A DNA stretch of 64,000 bases from an uncultured bacterium. GTDB taxonomy: Bacteria > Zhuqueibacterota > QNDG01 > DTFT01. The translations under genes were made by a program, and so were the position numbers. Below are positions 29,750 through 41,385 of this stretch, piece after piece. The stretch is taken from assembly GCA_963736115.1 (NCBI GenBank), contig CAVTNR010000005.1, positions 69,419 to 133,418 on the forward strand, written 5' to 3'. The notes under the pieces are model-generated. The model was given only the letters and a program-made list of their open reading frames with translations, was not told where the DNA came from and did not search any database. The stretch's first letter is position 1, and each line of letters opens with the position of its first letter.

Positions 29750-32700
29750 TCATCGGAGCAGAATCATTTTCCGCGCCGTCCGGAGGCCGCCGTCCGCGCT
29801 CAGGACGCAGAAATACACGCCGGAAGGAACCGGTCCGCCGGCCGCGTCGATGCCGGTCCACTCGGCTGTGTGCCTCCCCGCGGCGCGGATTCCATCCTCC
29901 AGCGTGCGGACGAGACGTCCGCGGCTGTCCAGAATGTCCAGCCGGACGCGGCCGCCGGACGCGAGAGTGAAGGGAATCACGGTTCCCGCGTTGAAGGGAT
30001 TGGGATAATTGGCCTCGAGACTGAAGCCGGACGGCGCCGTGGACGGAACCGGTTCGGCCTCAACCGAAGAGGATCCGCCGATGACGAACCATTCGGGATT
30101 GCGCGCGCCGGTGGAGATGGACAGCATCGTCAACGCTCCTGTCCCCAGGTCCGCCACCTGAAGGGAGCCGTACCCGATGCGATCCACCACGATTTTTCCG
30201 TCGTCCGGAGAAAAGGAAGGCCGCTCCACCGTGCGGCTCGGAAAGATCAGCCGGGTCAGCCGGTTCTGTTCCGGTTCCGCGAAATTGAGAAGGTGGATGT
30301 CCGCGTTCCCCTCCTCGTCGAAATAGGAGAACGCGATCCGGTCCGGGTCGGTCGAACTGAACTGGACATTGCAGGCCCAGGTCTCGTCGGACTGTGCGGG
30401 CAGAAGGTTGAACAGCTTCAGCTCCTCATCGGAGAAATCGATTTCACCCATGCTCCACCACTCGCGCTCCTCTCCGGTCGAGAATTGGAAACTGTTGAAC
30501 GCGTCAAAAACCAGTTTCGGAAGGGCGGGATTCGGCGACCAGTCGAGCACGTCCGCGTACCGGATGGTCGACGACGTGATGCCGTCCTGGTCCGTGGGCA
30601 TGACCAGATCGAGGGAATACATCTGACCTTCGATGATCAGATACACGACGTTCTCGTCGTACACGGATGTCAGGGCGACGTACAGGTTGTCCGGCGACAC
30701 AGCCGCGCTCCAGAGGTCGCCCGGCTCCCGGATGTAGTAGGAGGGGAATGTCCTGACCTCGTACCCCGTGGACAAATGACCGATATCCGCCCGTGCCAGA
30801 ACGCCGGACTCATTGATGAAGTAAAGGAAGCGTCCGTCCTTTGTTACGCTGAGCTGGGTGGCGGCGCCCTCCACATTCTTGACGGCCAGTCCGGAAAAAA
30901 CGTAATCGGTCCCTTCGGCCACGTTGTACAGTCCGATCTGCATGTCGTCCCGGACAAAGGCGATCCACTCGGTTCCGCCCGTGACGGCCGGCACTTCGTT
31001 GTCCACGTCCCCGCCGGGATTCGAGCCGCCGCCCTCGGTCACCTTGACCGCATCGAAGGCGGAGCGCACGGCGGCAAGCTCGGCCCCGTCGCCGTACAGG
31101 TCACTGGCGCTCTGTTCGAGGGCCTTGCGCGCGTCGAGGAACTGGGTTTGTCGGGTCATGTAATGCACGAGGCCCCGGTAGTAAATCCTCTCCGCCTTGT
31201 CGCGGCCGACGGCGTTGGCAGTCAGGACCGCGGCACGGCTCGGGATGCTGCAATTGGTGTGGACGCCGCCGTTGTCCTCCGACGTTCGGACGTACTGATC
31301 CATGTCGACCGGAAGCTGGTCGAACATGGCGGCATTGCCCGGATTGGCCAGGTCGCGGAGGCCGGATCCGGTGCCCGGTTTCATGATGTCCTCGCCCATC
31401 ACCCAGTCGTCGCGGTCCGACCATGCAGGCGAAGAAATCGGACATGGATTCGTTGAGCGCGCCGGATTCGTCCTGGTAGACCAGATTGGCGGTGTACTCG
31501 GTGACGCCGTGCATCACCTCGTGCGCGAACACGTCGAGGGCGCCGGCCAGGGGCTTGAACACCTCGTTGCCGTTGCCGAAGAAAACAGCCTGGCCGTTCC
31601 AGTACGCGTTGTCCATCTCCTGACCGTCCTCGGTCACGTTCACGACGGAGATCATCGTGGACGCCTGGTTGTCTATGCCCCTCCGGCCGTGCGTCGTTTT
31701 CCAGTAATCGGTGATCAGGCCCATGTGATGAATGCCCGACACCGCGCTCCGGTCGGTCCATGACGTCTTCGATGCGGACGTGACCATGTAAAAGGATGAA
31801 TTCTCCGTCGCATCCGTATGATTCAGATCGATCACCAGAAGGCCGCCGGCGGGGTCGCCGGGAAGCCGGCTCGCGGACCCGGACAGCTCATTCGCGTCGC
31901 TGAGCATGAAGTACGTGCCCGATTCCTCATAGGCCCGGAAGGACCGGGTGACGCCGGCCAGGTCGAGGCCGGAGGCGTCGACCGGTCCCTCGGTTTTCGT
32001 GTTCAGAATCTCGTGCAGCACATCTCCGCTCGCCGCGTCCACGAAAACAGTGAACCAGTCGAGAACATTGGCGTACAGGTCCACCTGCCAGGCGAGATGC
32101 GGTTCGCCCTCGCGGTCCATCCATATCGTCTTCACGGAGGTCGGATCAGGGAGACGCAAAACCTTTTTCCACCCGTCCGGGATGTCCCGAAGCCGGTCCA
32201 TGCGGCCATGTGGGCGCGGCTCCGTTCGATGGCGCCGGCCGCGGTAACAGACGCCGCGTCCGGCCGGATGGAAGACGGCGTAGGCGCGATGCGTCCGTTG
32301 ACCGCGCAGACCCGGTCCGACGCGTCAATGTGCACGACGAGTTCACTTGCCCAGACCGGGATGCCGCGGAAGGTCTGCTGCATCCGCAGGTGGCGCATGC
32401 CCAGTTCGTCCTCCGCGTACCGGCTGATCGCGAACTCCTCCGAAGCCCGCTCGATTTTCATGACGGGCGCGAAGGTCTCCAGCCATCCCCGCGCCAGGGC
32501 GAGGTCCGCACGGGCCCGGACGGATCGGCCAGCGGTCTGCACGGACGGCGCGGCAGGCGCTGTTTTGAGCCTGCCGGCCCGGCCCAGGTCGCCGCTGATA
32601 AAGGCGATGGTGCCGTTCTCCGCCATGGAAAGATCCCGGACCGTCAAACCGAATTCGGAAGCCATTGCGCGCACTTCCGCCCCGGCATTTTTACCGGCCT

Positions 32701-32914
32701 TCCGGAGTACGCCCTCCGTCGAACGGCCTCCCTGGAGCGGACGGGCGTTTTTCCAGACCGGATCGGCTCCGGCCAATCCCGGAATGGCGCGGGACGAGGC
32801 AGGTGGTTTCAGTGTCTTGACAACGCCTTTGTTCCGGACCGGGACCGGGCTCGCGGTGAGCGCCAGACCGGTGGAAAGCAGTATAAGGGCAATACTCATT
32901 TTTGGCAAACGCAT
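29750..32914 (-). CDS. M4 (thermolysin-like) peptidase with beta-propeller-like region and C-terminal FlgD-Ig domain; frameshifts near 31415 and 32210
   Basis: Signal peptide, FTP propeptide (DELGMRHLRMQQ), NAYWNG, HEVMH, GALNESMSD, DNGGVHTN, NYPNPFN. Confidence 0.9.
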
Positions 32915-32965
32915 AACTTCTCCTTTGCATGATCTCAATCCGTCCGGGTGTCTTTCAAACAGGCG

Positions 32966-33613
32966 TCAGAACCGCCGCTTGTCCCGGTCGAACAGCACGG
33001 ATCCGTCCAAGCTGTCGATGACATATTCCCATTGATTCAGCCCGCCTCCGAGCGTGACATGCCATGCCAAGCGCATGCCGGACGGAGCCGGATAGAAAAC
33101 CAGTTCGGTCCGATCGACCCGCTCCATGCGCTGGGCCGAAGCCGCATCGAGGGCCAGGCTTCCGGCTTTTTCCGCGTTGACGCTCGGTTCCGCCTGCAGG
33201 CTGAAGGACGGGTGGTAATGGCCGTCGAACCGGTACAGAACAGACTGCGCATTGACGTGAAGGATCAACTCGTCCTGTAGAACCGGGACGCCCTTGTGCA
33301 CCCGTTCGTAGCGGTAATGGGTGAAGCCCAGATCATCCCCTTCCGCGCGAATCAGCCGGAGTTCCTTTCCCGGGTTTTTCAATCCGAATCGATCCGCATT
33401 CGCGCCGAAAAAACCGATCAGGGACTCGGCGCGCTTTTCTTTCTGAATACCGGACAGATCCGCCAGGTTCCCGGTGATCCGGATGGGCGTGCCGAGGTTC
33501 TCATCGACATTCATTTCGACGTCCTTCCGTCCCTCCAGCTTCAGCAGAGACGGATCGATGTGATTGGCGCAGGCCAGGCCGAGCAGGGCGGCTGTCAGGA
33601 AAATTATTTTCAT
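32966..33613 (-). CDS. lipoprotein made only of M4-type propeptide domains (FTP + PepSY)
   Basis: Lipobox LGLAC; DDLGFTHYRYERVHKGVPV; LAWHV...YVIDSLDGSVL; no HExxH. Confidence 0.78.
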   Translation of the reverse strand: MKIIFLTAALLGLACANHIDPSLLKLEGRKDVEMNVDENLGTPIRITGNLADLSGIQKEKRAESLIGFFGANADRFGLKNPGKELRLIRAEGDDLGFTHYRYERVHKGVPVLQDELILHVNAQSVLYRFDGHYHPSFSLQAEPSVNAEKAGSLALDAASAQRMERVDRTELVFYPAPSGMRLAWHVTLGGGLNQWEYVIDSLDGSVLFDRDKRRF

Positions 33614-33812
33614 GGTCTTTCCTCCTGTCGGTTCCATGCGCATTAAAAACATCGAGATACGGCCATCCTCCGTACGTCTTTTGTTGTAAGTTATCGTATT
33701 TTTCCCTATTCCGCAACGGCATTCTTGCAGGACAACTTGACTTTCGGCCGCCCCGATTCCCGACCCTGCGCTCCTTCGCGCGGTCCGACCAAGGCAGTGC
33801 CACAGGCGGAAT

Positions 33813-33843
33813 AAAAAAACCCGCCTGTGAAGGCGGGTTTAAA
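33813..33843. terminator. intrinsic terminator
   Basis: AAAAAAACCCGCCT-GTGA-AGGCGGGTTTT. Confidence 0.85.
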
Positions 33844-33894
33844 ACATGGAACCGGATATACCGGGACATTCGACCGCGGAACCGGATCGGATGC

Positions 33895-34260
33895 CTATTT
33901 CTTTTCCGGCTTGCGCTTCAGCACCATTTTCATCTCCTCCCCCTCCATGCCGGGGACCTTCATGACAATGGAATCCGCGGCTGCCGTGCACACGTGATGA
34001 ATGACCATCTCGCCGAAATTGACATCGAACGTGAAACGGTCGCTTTCCACTTTCCCGTTCTCGATTTTGAACTCCCCGAAATCGGACCGGTTGAATCCCG
34101 TCAGGGTGTCCCCGTTCACGCGGAATTCGAATTCCAGCGCCATCTCGCCCTGCGGGCCTTCCATACGCGTCACCCAGATGCCGGTGGGATCCGTTGACCA
34201 CGCCGGAACGGCGGCAACAGCCAGCAAAAGAACACAAATCCCCAATAAACGTTTCATCAT
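33895..34260 (-). CDS. secreted hypothetical protein
   Basis: Signal peptide; DPTGIW...F.VNGDTLTG...IENGKV. Confidence 0.75.
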   Translation of the reverse strand: MMKRLLGICVLLLAVAAVPAWSTDPTGIWVTRMEGPQGEMALEFEFRVNGDTLTGFNRSDFGEFKIENGKVESDRFTFDVNFGEMVIHHVCTAAADSIVMKVPGMEGEEMKMVLKRKPEKK

Positions 34261-34342
34261 GACCTCCACGTTTGGTTTGAATCCGGACCGGATCCCGGTC
34301 CGCTGTCTCTGCAGATGGAAACGGATATCCCCACGGGCATTG

Positions 34343-35683
34343 TCACTCGAAGCGGATCCAGTCCACGGCCACATTTCCGCCCTCGACCAGGGAGACGGAC
34401 AGGTTGCGGATGCCGGATACCTTTTTCGGGAGGACCGCCGGGGCCAGTGTCCAGTCCCTGCTCTTCGGGATCGAGACGCGGCCGATCAGGCCGCCATCCG
34501 GTCCGCAGGAACGGATTTCCACCGTGCCGCCCGATTCGGATGCGCACCGGACCGAAACGGAGCCGAAACCGGCTGTTCCAAAATCCACGCTGTTGTACCG
34601 GATCCAGGCAGCCGGCTCGTTCAGCTCGGTTTTCCAGCCGAGAAACCGGTTCGACGTGTCGATGAAAGCGACCGCCGCCCCGCTGGTGTCCAGGGCTGTG
34701 TACCGGTCGATCTGGATCTCCCGGCCCGCGGGCGTGAGCCCCGCGCCACGCAGGGTCGGAATCACCTTGCGTATGGACCCGTCCGGCTCGAAGAAAAGGC
34801 TGTCCGCGCGTATGGACCGGTTCTTGTCGAAATTCGGGGAAAGATCGTTGTGGTGATAGAACAGAAACCATTGGCCCTTGTACTCGACGATCGAATGGTG
34901 GTTGGTCCAGCACCCGGTCGGGGATTCGTCCATGATCACACCCTTGAACTGGAACGGCCCGAGGGGGTTGTCGCCCACGGCATACTCCAGCCTTTCGATC
35001 TTGTTCTCCACATGCGGGTACGTGAAGTAGTAAATGCCGTTCCGCTCGAAAAGGAACGGGCCTTCCTTCATGCCCTTCGGCAGTTCCACGATCTCCTGAC
35101 GCTCCGAAGCGAGTTCCGTCATGTTCTCCTTGAGCCGGGCGACGGACATGCCGCCCCTGCCCGACCAGTACAGATAGGCCTGGCCGTCACGGTCGATGAA
35201 AACATTGGGATCGATTCCGCCCGCGCCTGCAATGGGCTCCGGTTCGGGAACGAAAGGCCCGGACGGGGAATCGGAAACAGCCACGCCGATGCCGAACCCG
35301 GGACCCTTGGCTTTCCTGATCGTCGGGAAGTAGAAATAGTATTTCCCGTTCCGTTCAACGCAGTCCGGGGCCCACATGCTGTAGGCCGCGGAATCCGCCC
35401 ACGGCACTTTCTCCTGCGATACGATCACGCCGTGATCGGTCCAATCCGTGAGGTTTTCGGATGAGAAGACGTGGTAGTCCGCCATGCAGAACCACCCGGG
35501 CCTTCCCTTGCCCGGTTCGACCGGTATGTCATGCGAGGGATACACGTACATCCTGTCGTGGAACACCCGAGCAGTCGGATCCGCGGTGAATTGGTCCATG
35601 ATCAGGGGGTTCTGGGCCCGAACTCCGGCGGCGGACAACCAGATGCAGCCGAGCAGTGCCAGTCTTCTGTACAGTTGGGTCAT
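34343..35683 (-). CDS. glycoside hydrolase family 43 with CBM6
   Basis: TADPTARVF, MWAPD, IDPNVFID, KEGP, TNHHSIV; C-terminal WIRYNSVDFG...VDWIRF. Confidence 0.92.
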   Translation of the reverse strand: MTQLYRRLALLGCIWLSAAGVRAQNPLIMDQFTADPTARVFHDRMYVYPSHDIPVEPGKGRPGWFCMADYHVFSSENLTDWTDHGVIVSQEKVPWADSAAYSMWAPDCVERNGKYYFYFPTIRKAKGPGFGIGVAVSDSPSGPFVPEPEPIAGAGGIDPNVFIDRDGQAYLYWSGRGGMSVARLKENMTELASERQEIVELPKGMKEGPFLFERNGIYYFTYPHVENKIERLEYAVGDNPLGPFQFKGVIMDESPTGCWTNHHSIVEYKGQWFLFYHHNDLSPNFDKNRSIRADSLFFEPDGSIRKVIPTLRGAGLTPAGREIQIDRYTALDTSGAAVAFIDTSNRFLGWKTELNEPAAWIRYNSVDFGTAGFGSVSVRCASESGGTVEIRSCGPDGGLIGRVSIPKSRDWTLAPAVLPKKVSGIRNLSVSLVEGGNVAVDWIRFE

Positions 35684-35838
35684 GAGCGTTTCTCCTTATG
35701 GTCCATGAGGGTCGCATCCCGGCGGTCTTCCACCCAGATGCCGTCCTACTTTGAAATCGCCTCGATGCGATTACAGCCCTCGGCTTCGGGACCCGCGGAA
35801 GCCGGCGTCCGAACACTTGGGACGCACCGCCCGTCCCT

Positions 35839-36243
35839 TTATTTCAGGCCGTTCTCATGAAAACACGCCGTGTATTTCCGGTCGGCGATCAAAATATGAT
35901 GGATGAGCCAATCCCTGGCGAATTCCCGTACCACCCCCGGATTGAATGTCTTTTGGCTCTGATAGACTTTCCGGAATTCCGCGATTTTTTTCTCAAACTC
36001 GCGATGCTCCCGAATGTGAATCTCCGCGGCCGGATAACGGCAACGGTCGAAGTATTTTTCTTCGGTTTGAAAATGATACGCCGCATATTCCCCCAGATCA
36101 TAGAGAATGCTTTTCGGCGCCCCGGCGTCCGTCATCAAAGAGGCGTCCTGGATCGCATTGACGATCTCGAAGAAGCGGAAGTGCTGTTCATCCAGTTCCC
36201 GGACGCCGACACTGTACGTTTGCGCCCATTCGATTTTTTTCAC
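35839..36243 (-). CDS. bacteriohemerythrin
   Basis: W...YSVGVRELDEQH, HFQTEE, H.REH, WLIHHILIAD. Confidence 0.9.
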   Translation of the reverse strand: MKKIEWAQTYSVGVRELDEQHFRFFEIVNAIQDASLMTDAGAPKSILYDLGEYAAYHFQTEEKYFDRCRYPAAEIHIREHREFEKKIAEFRKVYQSQKTFNPGVVREFARDWLIHHILIADRKYTACFHENGLK

Positions 36244-36744
36244 GCCGTTTTCCCTTTCCGGACGCCGGACCTTCCGCCGGAGCACCCCTTGCGCGAAAGA
36301 TGCGCCGGCGCTGTTTCCTGAGGACCATCGCGCAGCGGTACCCCCTCCCCCAGACGGTCGGCCCAGTTCTCGGGATACCCGTCGAAATACCGGCGCCACG
36401 GGCTCCTTCGCCTGCGGTGAACCATCTGTCCATACAGAAACCGGGAAACAGACGGGATTCCGACCAGGATCAGATAGAAGGGGCCGAAGATCGTCCGACT
36501 GGACGGAATGCCCGAATTCATGTTCCCGATTGTCCGGCCGGCCGTCCGCCGCCGTGTTCATCTCCGACCAGAAAATGAAACTGCCGAGGCTGACGCCGAA
36601 ACCCGTTACCTGAAACAGGCATCTGCGCCGGACGATTTCACGGGAAAGAATCCGCTTCCGCACCGCAAGCCAGACCAGCAGGCCGAGCAGGTTCTGGGGC
36701 AGTTCCCAGAGGAAACGGATGAAAAACCCGGCGTTCCGAATCAT
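36240..36744 (-). CDS. hypothetical membrane protein with HExxH motif, frameshift near 36490
   Basis: WELPQNLLG, GVSLG, HEFGHSVQS, continuing GPFYLILVGIPS...YPENWAD. Confidence 0.72.
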
Positions 36745-36788
36745 TTGATTTTACGATTTCCTTCATGCAAATCCGGACTGGTTCTGTG

Positions 36789-36890
36789 AGTTCATAGTTC
36801 ATAGTTCATGGTTCATGGTTAAAGATGTAATACGTATCATTAATCGGTAATTTTCTTTTACTATGAACTATGAACCATGAACTATGAACT
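36789..36890. repeat. GTTCATR inverted-array element, copy D
   Basis: Left arm 36789-36820, ~39-nt spacer, right arm 36860-36890; arms identical to copy H. Confidence 0.93.
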
Positions 36891-36893
36891 TCT

Positions 36894-39459
36894 TCACCGC
36901 CCGTTCAGCTTCAGCGCCTCGTTCACCAGAAGGATGTATTCCGCGCAGATGTCGATCACGGCTTCGTTCTCGCCCCACAGGAAAGGCCAGTCCTCCATGT
37001 TCTCCGGCAGGTCCGGCTTGAGGATGAGAATGCCCGGCACCACGGCCCCCGCGATGAACCCGAAATCCGCCCGGTTGTTGCCGTACATGCGCTTTTTCGG
37101 CTTCATGCCCACGCCTGCCACGAAGGACACGTTCGAAACCGGATGACAGCCGTAAATGTAATCAAGCGCCCGGAACGTGTATTCCGGCCCGATGATGTCC
37201 GGAAAACTTTTATGCAGCAGGGTATTCGTAACGGCCCAGCTGATGATGCCGGAATTGCCGGCCCACCCGCGCGTTGAAATCGAGACTCCGAAGGGATTCG
37301 ACTTCATCAAGCCGTCGTTTTCCGGCCTTGAACCGCTCAACGTAGGGTCTCAGCCGTTCGCGGAACGCCGCATCCATGTAAGGAACGGCGCGCGCCGCGA
37401 TCTTCATGTTCCACTGAACCCCTCGGTCCAGAGCCGGCCACAGAAGGTCGCGGAAACGCCTGCTGATCGCCGAGTCTCCGGTCGCGACCGCGATCTGAAG
37501 GGCCGCCTCGATCTCTCCGGTCCCGTTGAAGAAAGGGCCCAGCCGTCTTTCTTCCCGCGGCCGTTGACGCTCATCCTCAAACGCTTTCTTCGCCGCGGTC
37601 AGGCATTCGGAGGCGAGCGCGTCATTGAAACCGCGGAGCGCGCGCGACGCGGCCGCCAAAGCCGCGGCAGAGGCGTAATTGTTGTATGAGGATCTCGATG
37701 TGAACGCCCAACGGTCGTCTGGCGTGCCGCTGAAATCGCCCTTGATCTCGTACGGTTTCAGGGACGGGTCGAAGATCCGGTTGTCCGTCATGGCCGCGCC
37801 GTCGCCCAGGTGATGGTACTGGTGCAGGAAAGGCACGATGATGCCCGGTATCGCCCTTCCGAAGGCACGGTGCTGGGCGATCAGTGCCAAAGTGCCGTGT
37901 TCGATCTGCTGGAGAATGTCCGGACGTCCGTCCGGACGGTGAATGTCGACGTACCGCTGATCCTGGTCCACGAACGTCTCGTCCCGGAGGGGCCGGAAGC
38001 GCTCCCAGGCTTCCGCCAGCGTCAGGACCGTGGCCGCGTGCGACCCCGTGCGGATGTCGAAGTCGCCCGCGTCGTACCATCCGCCGATAGCGAGTCCAGG
38101 AATGTGTTCACCCGGCTGGTACCGCGTTTCCGTGCTGTCGCCCATGCGGTATCCGTCGAAATGCTGATGGTTCACCGGCGCCTGCCGGGCGTCGTCCAGG
38201 TGCGAGGCGCCGTGCCAGACCCGGTAGGCTTCGTTCACCGTCACGTGGGCCATCTGCACCGGGAACCAGACGTCGAGCGTCGGCTGCCAGGCATTGTCGA
38301 ACACGTCCGCTCCGATGGGAAACGGCCCGGTCCGGTGGCTGCCGTACCGGAGGGCGTACAGTCCGGATTCATGGACTTCGGAGAAGTCAAACTGAAGGTA
38401 CCGGTAGCGCAGAAACGGACCCCAGTCCTTGACCGCGCCGCGGAAAACCTCGACCCATTCGCCATCGCCGTTCAGCTTCAGCACCGCGGCTCGGGAGAGG
38501 GGCTTGTCGTTCGGATCCAGCTCGATGACGGCCGTCTTTTTCTGCCCGGGCAGGTACCCGACTTGGGAATGGGCGATCATGGGCGGCCGTATCCATTTCG
38601 GGATGACGTGCGGGGTCACGGTCCATTCCGCGACCACACCTGTCTTCCCTGCCGGTATCAGTGATCGGATCACGAACCAGCCGTTCTGGGCCACGTTACG
38701 GCCGTCGATCAGCATCAGGTCCGCGTCCGCGGACGCGATGCGGATGCGCCGCTCCGGATCCTCCGGCGCCAGCACCAGGGTCCGGCCCGTCGCGATCGGT
38801 TCAGGCTCGACGTATTCGGACCTGCCGCGATCGTCGAACGTGGAATGGCCCGCGAACTGGCGGATCTGGGTATCCATCGGCTTCACCGCCATGGGACCCG
38901 TCGGGTGAAGCGCGAACAGGCCGATGCGGCCGTCCATGGCGTACGTTTTCTCGAAATAGGCGGAAGGCAGGAATTCGAGGTTGAGCCCCGCCCGGCCCTC
39001 GAGCTTTTCCGGAAGCGGCCGGTCTAGCATCACCTGGATACGGAAACCCTCGCCCGCGGGACGTACGGTCAGGCGGGAATCGAAATCGTAATCCTTGTAC
39101 CGGAGCAGAACCTCGACGGTTTGACCCGCCTTGTCGACCTTGCGCTCCACGACCGATGGGATCTGGTCCCATTGCTCGGGCGCGGGTTTCAGCCGCACCG
39201 CGCCTCCCGTGGCCGTGCGAACGCCGTGGTGCACCAGCAGGATGCCCGCGGTCTTCTCGTCGAAAAACATGCCGTCGTACTGGTTCTCGAACACCAGCAC
39301 ATTGAAACCGGCTGTCTCGAAATAATCCTTGTCGTTCAACGCCAGACCGTTTCCTTTGGCCGCGGCCAGCACACCGGCCGAGGAAAGGAACAGGACAATG
39401 ACGCACGCAGCTGTATTCAGAGCGATCATCCGACGCGTGTTTTTCTTCATGGCATTCAC
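36894..39459 (-). CDS. glycoside hydrolase family 9 protein, frameshift near 37320
   Basis: Signal peptide, HSQVGY Ig-like domain, GGWYDAGD, YIYGCHP..NVSFVAGVG, WGENE. Confidence 0.88.
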
Positions 39460-39720
39460 CTGTCAGGTCATGTGAACCAGGAGGGGGATGGGACGGGAAT
39501 AATTTACGGTTTTTAAACCGGATAAAAAGTAAATATTTGTAACTTCTTTCCGGGATCGAAACGCCGCCGGAGGAACACCGGAACGGACGGCCGCAGCCGG
39601 ACACCGGATTGGAGCTCCCCGTCGCGCCGGGGACAGATTCCGATCCGCATCGCCGGCCGCTCCGCTCCTACGCTCACCCCGGCCTGAGCCGCAGGTTGCC
39701 CGGAGGCAGGTCCGATGACC

Positions 39721-40111
39721 TTATCCCTCAGGCTGAACCAGAATCACCAGATTGCCGCAGGTGTCCTCGAATGTCATCATTGTGACTGCCCCGGCCTGGA
39801 TGGGCTCACTGCGGAAAGCCACGCCCTTTCCCTTCAGCCGTTCGAAGTCGGACCGGATGTCCTTCGTGGTCAGCATCAGCAGGGGAATGCCCGCATCGAA
39901 GCAGGCCTTCTGGTATTCCCGCGCATGCGGGAAAAGCCGCGGGTTCGATCGACAATTCCACGCCCTCGATGCCGTCGGGCGGCGAGACCGTCAGCCATCG
40001 GTAATCCCCCGCCGGCACGTCCGCGATCTTCCGGAATCCCAGCTTGTCCGTGTAAAATTTCAGCGCGTCAGCCTGATCGGCGACGATGAGGCTGAAGTAT
40101 TTCAACTGCAT
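39721..40111 (-). CDS. VOC/glyoxalase family protein, frameshift near 39930
   Basis: VADQADALKFYTDKLGF, RWLTV, then FERLKGKGVAF...FEDTCGNL in another frame. Confidence 0.8.
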
Positions 40112-40216
40112 GCTGTTCTCCTGTTATGGATGGTACCGAATCCCGCTCCGAAGACGGAACGCGATCCCGCCTATGAGTCCCTCCATTCGATCCGGAGAGC
40201 TGTCTCGTTTCCCTCT

Positions 40217-41267
40217 TCACCAATCAAAGTATTCGAGCGTGCCGGTATGCGCGTTATCCGGCATCAACGGCTGCGGATCAATCGGATCCGTTTTCGTTCA
40301 TGATCATCATCCGATGGAGACCGCCGACGACATGATCGCTCCCGTCCAGTATCCAGTCAATCGTGCCGAACAGAATGCTCTGGAATCCTCGAATAGAGCG
40401 CCACGCCCCACCCGCCATCCTGGCTGTCGGTCAGTCGCTCCGTGTTCCCATTCAGGTCCACCGGTGCACATTCCACGGCGTGAGCGTCCTCCAATCCGTC
40501 GAAAAATTCTCAGTTTGAAACCAGGCTCTTTCTCTGAAACCGGGAAAAGAGACTCTATTCGCCGTTCGGACTCCAACTGGGGTCGTGGTCCGACTGCCAC
40601 CCGATCGTTGTAGTCAACGGTCTGACGCCGGACCGTGCACTCGCCATGATGAAGATCTCCTCCCTTCAGTGCTGCGGGTTTCGCGAGTCGACTTGAACAC
40701 AATCCGGCTTCCATCCGGAGACCACTCCGGATCATTGTCCTCCCAGGGAGAATCCGTCAGCCGCATGCCTTCGCTTCCGTCCCTGCTGTTCATGACATAC
40801 AGATCCGCCGTACCGGCCGGATTTCCGCTGGAGTCCCGGAAAGAACCGTAGACGATCTTCAATCCGTCCGGCGACGAATCCGGATGCGCATCGATGACGC
40901 CGTTTTCGGTCAATTGCTTCCGCACCCGTTTCCAGGTCCCGCGTGAAAATCTCCCAGGTCAGCATGTTGTTTGCGTCTCCCCTGTTGAAAACCGCCCTTT
41001 TACCGTCGGGAGACAAAGCGGGATTGTTCTCATGCAAGCGGTTATTCGTCAAGCGCGTGACCACGCCCGTTTTATTCATCAGATACAATTCACCTTCAGA
41101 ATTGTCGGCTCTGGACATAAAAAGAATCTGTTCGTTCGGCTGCCTGTCCCATGCCGTCAATGATTGATCTTCGGTTTTTTCCGTAACGCCGCAAGCCAGC
41201 CCGACGGTGAGAACTGCGAAACAAATCCATGCGAAATTGCGTCTGTTTGCGATGTTCCCGTTTTCAT
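40217..41267 (-). pseudogene. TolB-like (PD40 repeat) lipoprotein, multiply frameshifted
   Basis: Fragments NPALSPDGK, HPDSSPDG, DPEWSPDGSRIVF in different frames; lipobox-like GLAC. Could be assembly error. Confidence 0.7.
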
Positions 41268-41385
41268 CCGCTGCCTTTCTGATAATGCTTCAACCGTCTC
41301 CAGAACGCCTGGATCGTTCAACCGGCTTCCTTACCGGCAGAGGATCCAGCCCGTCTTCAGAAAAAAGTGTCTGGTGATTCGACCG

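Noticed and set aside
39560-39720. GC-rich non-coding stretch as a riboswitch or ncRNA
   Set aside because: No recognisable family motif; an Rfam cmscan would be needed.
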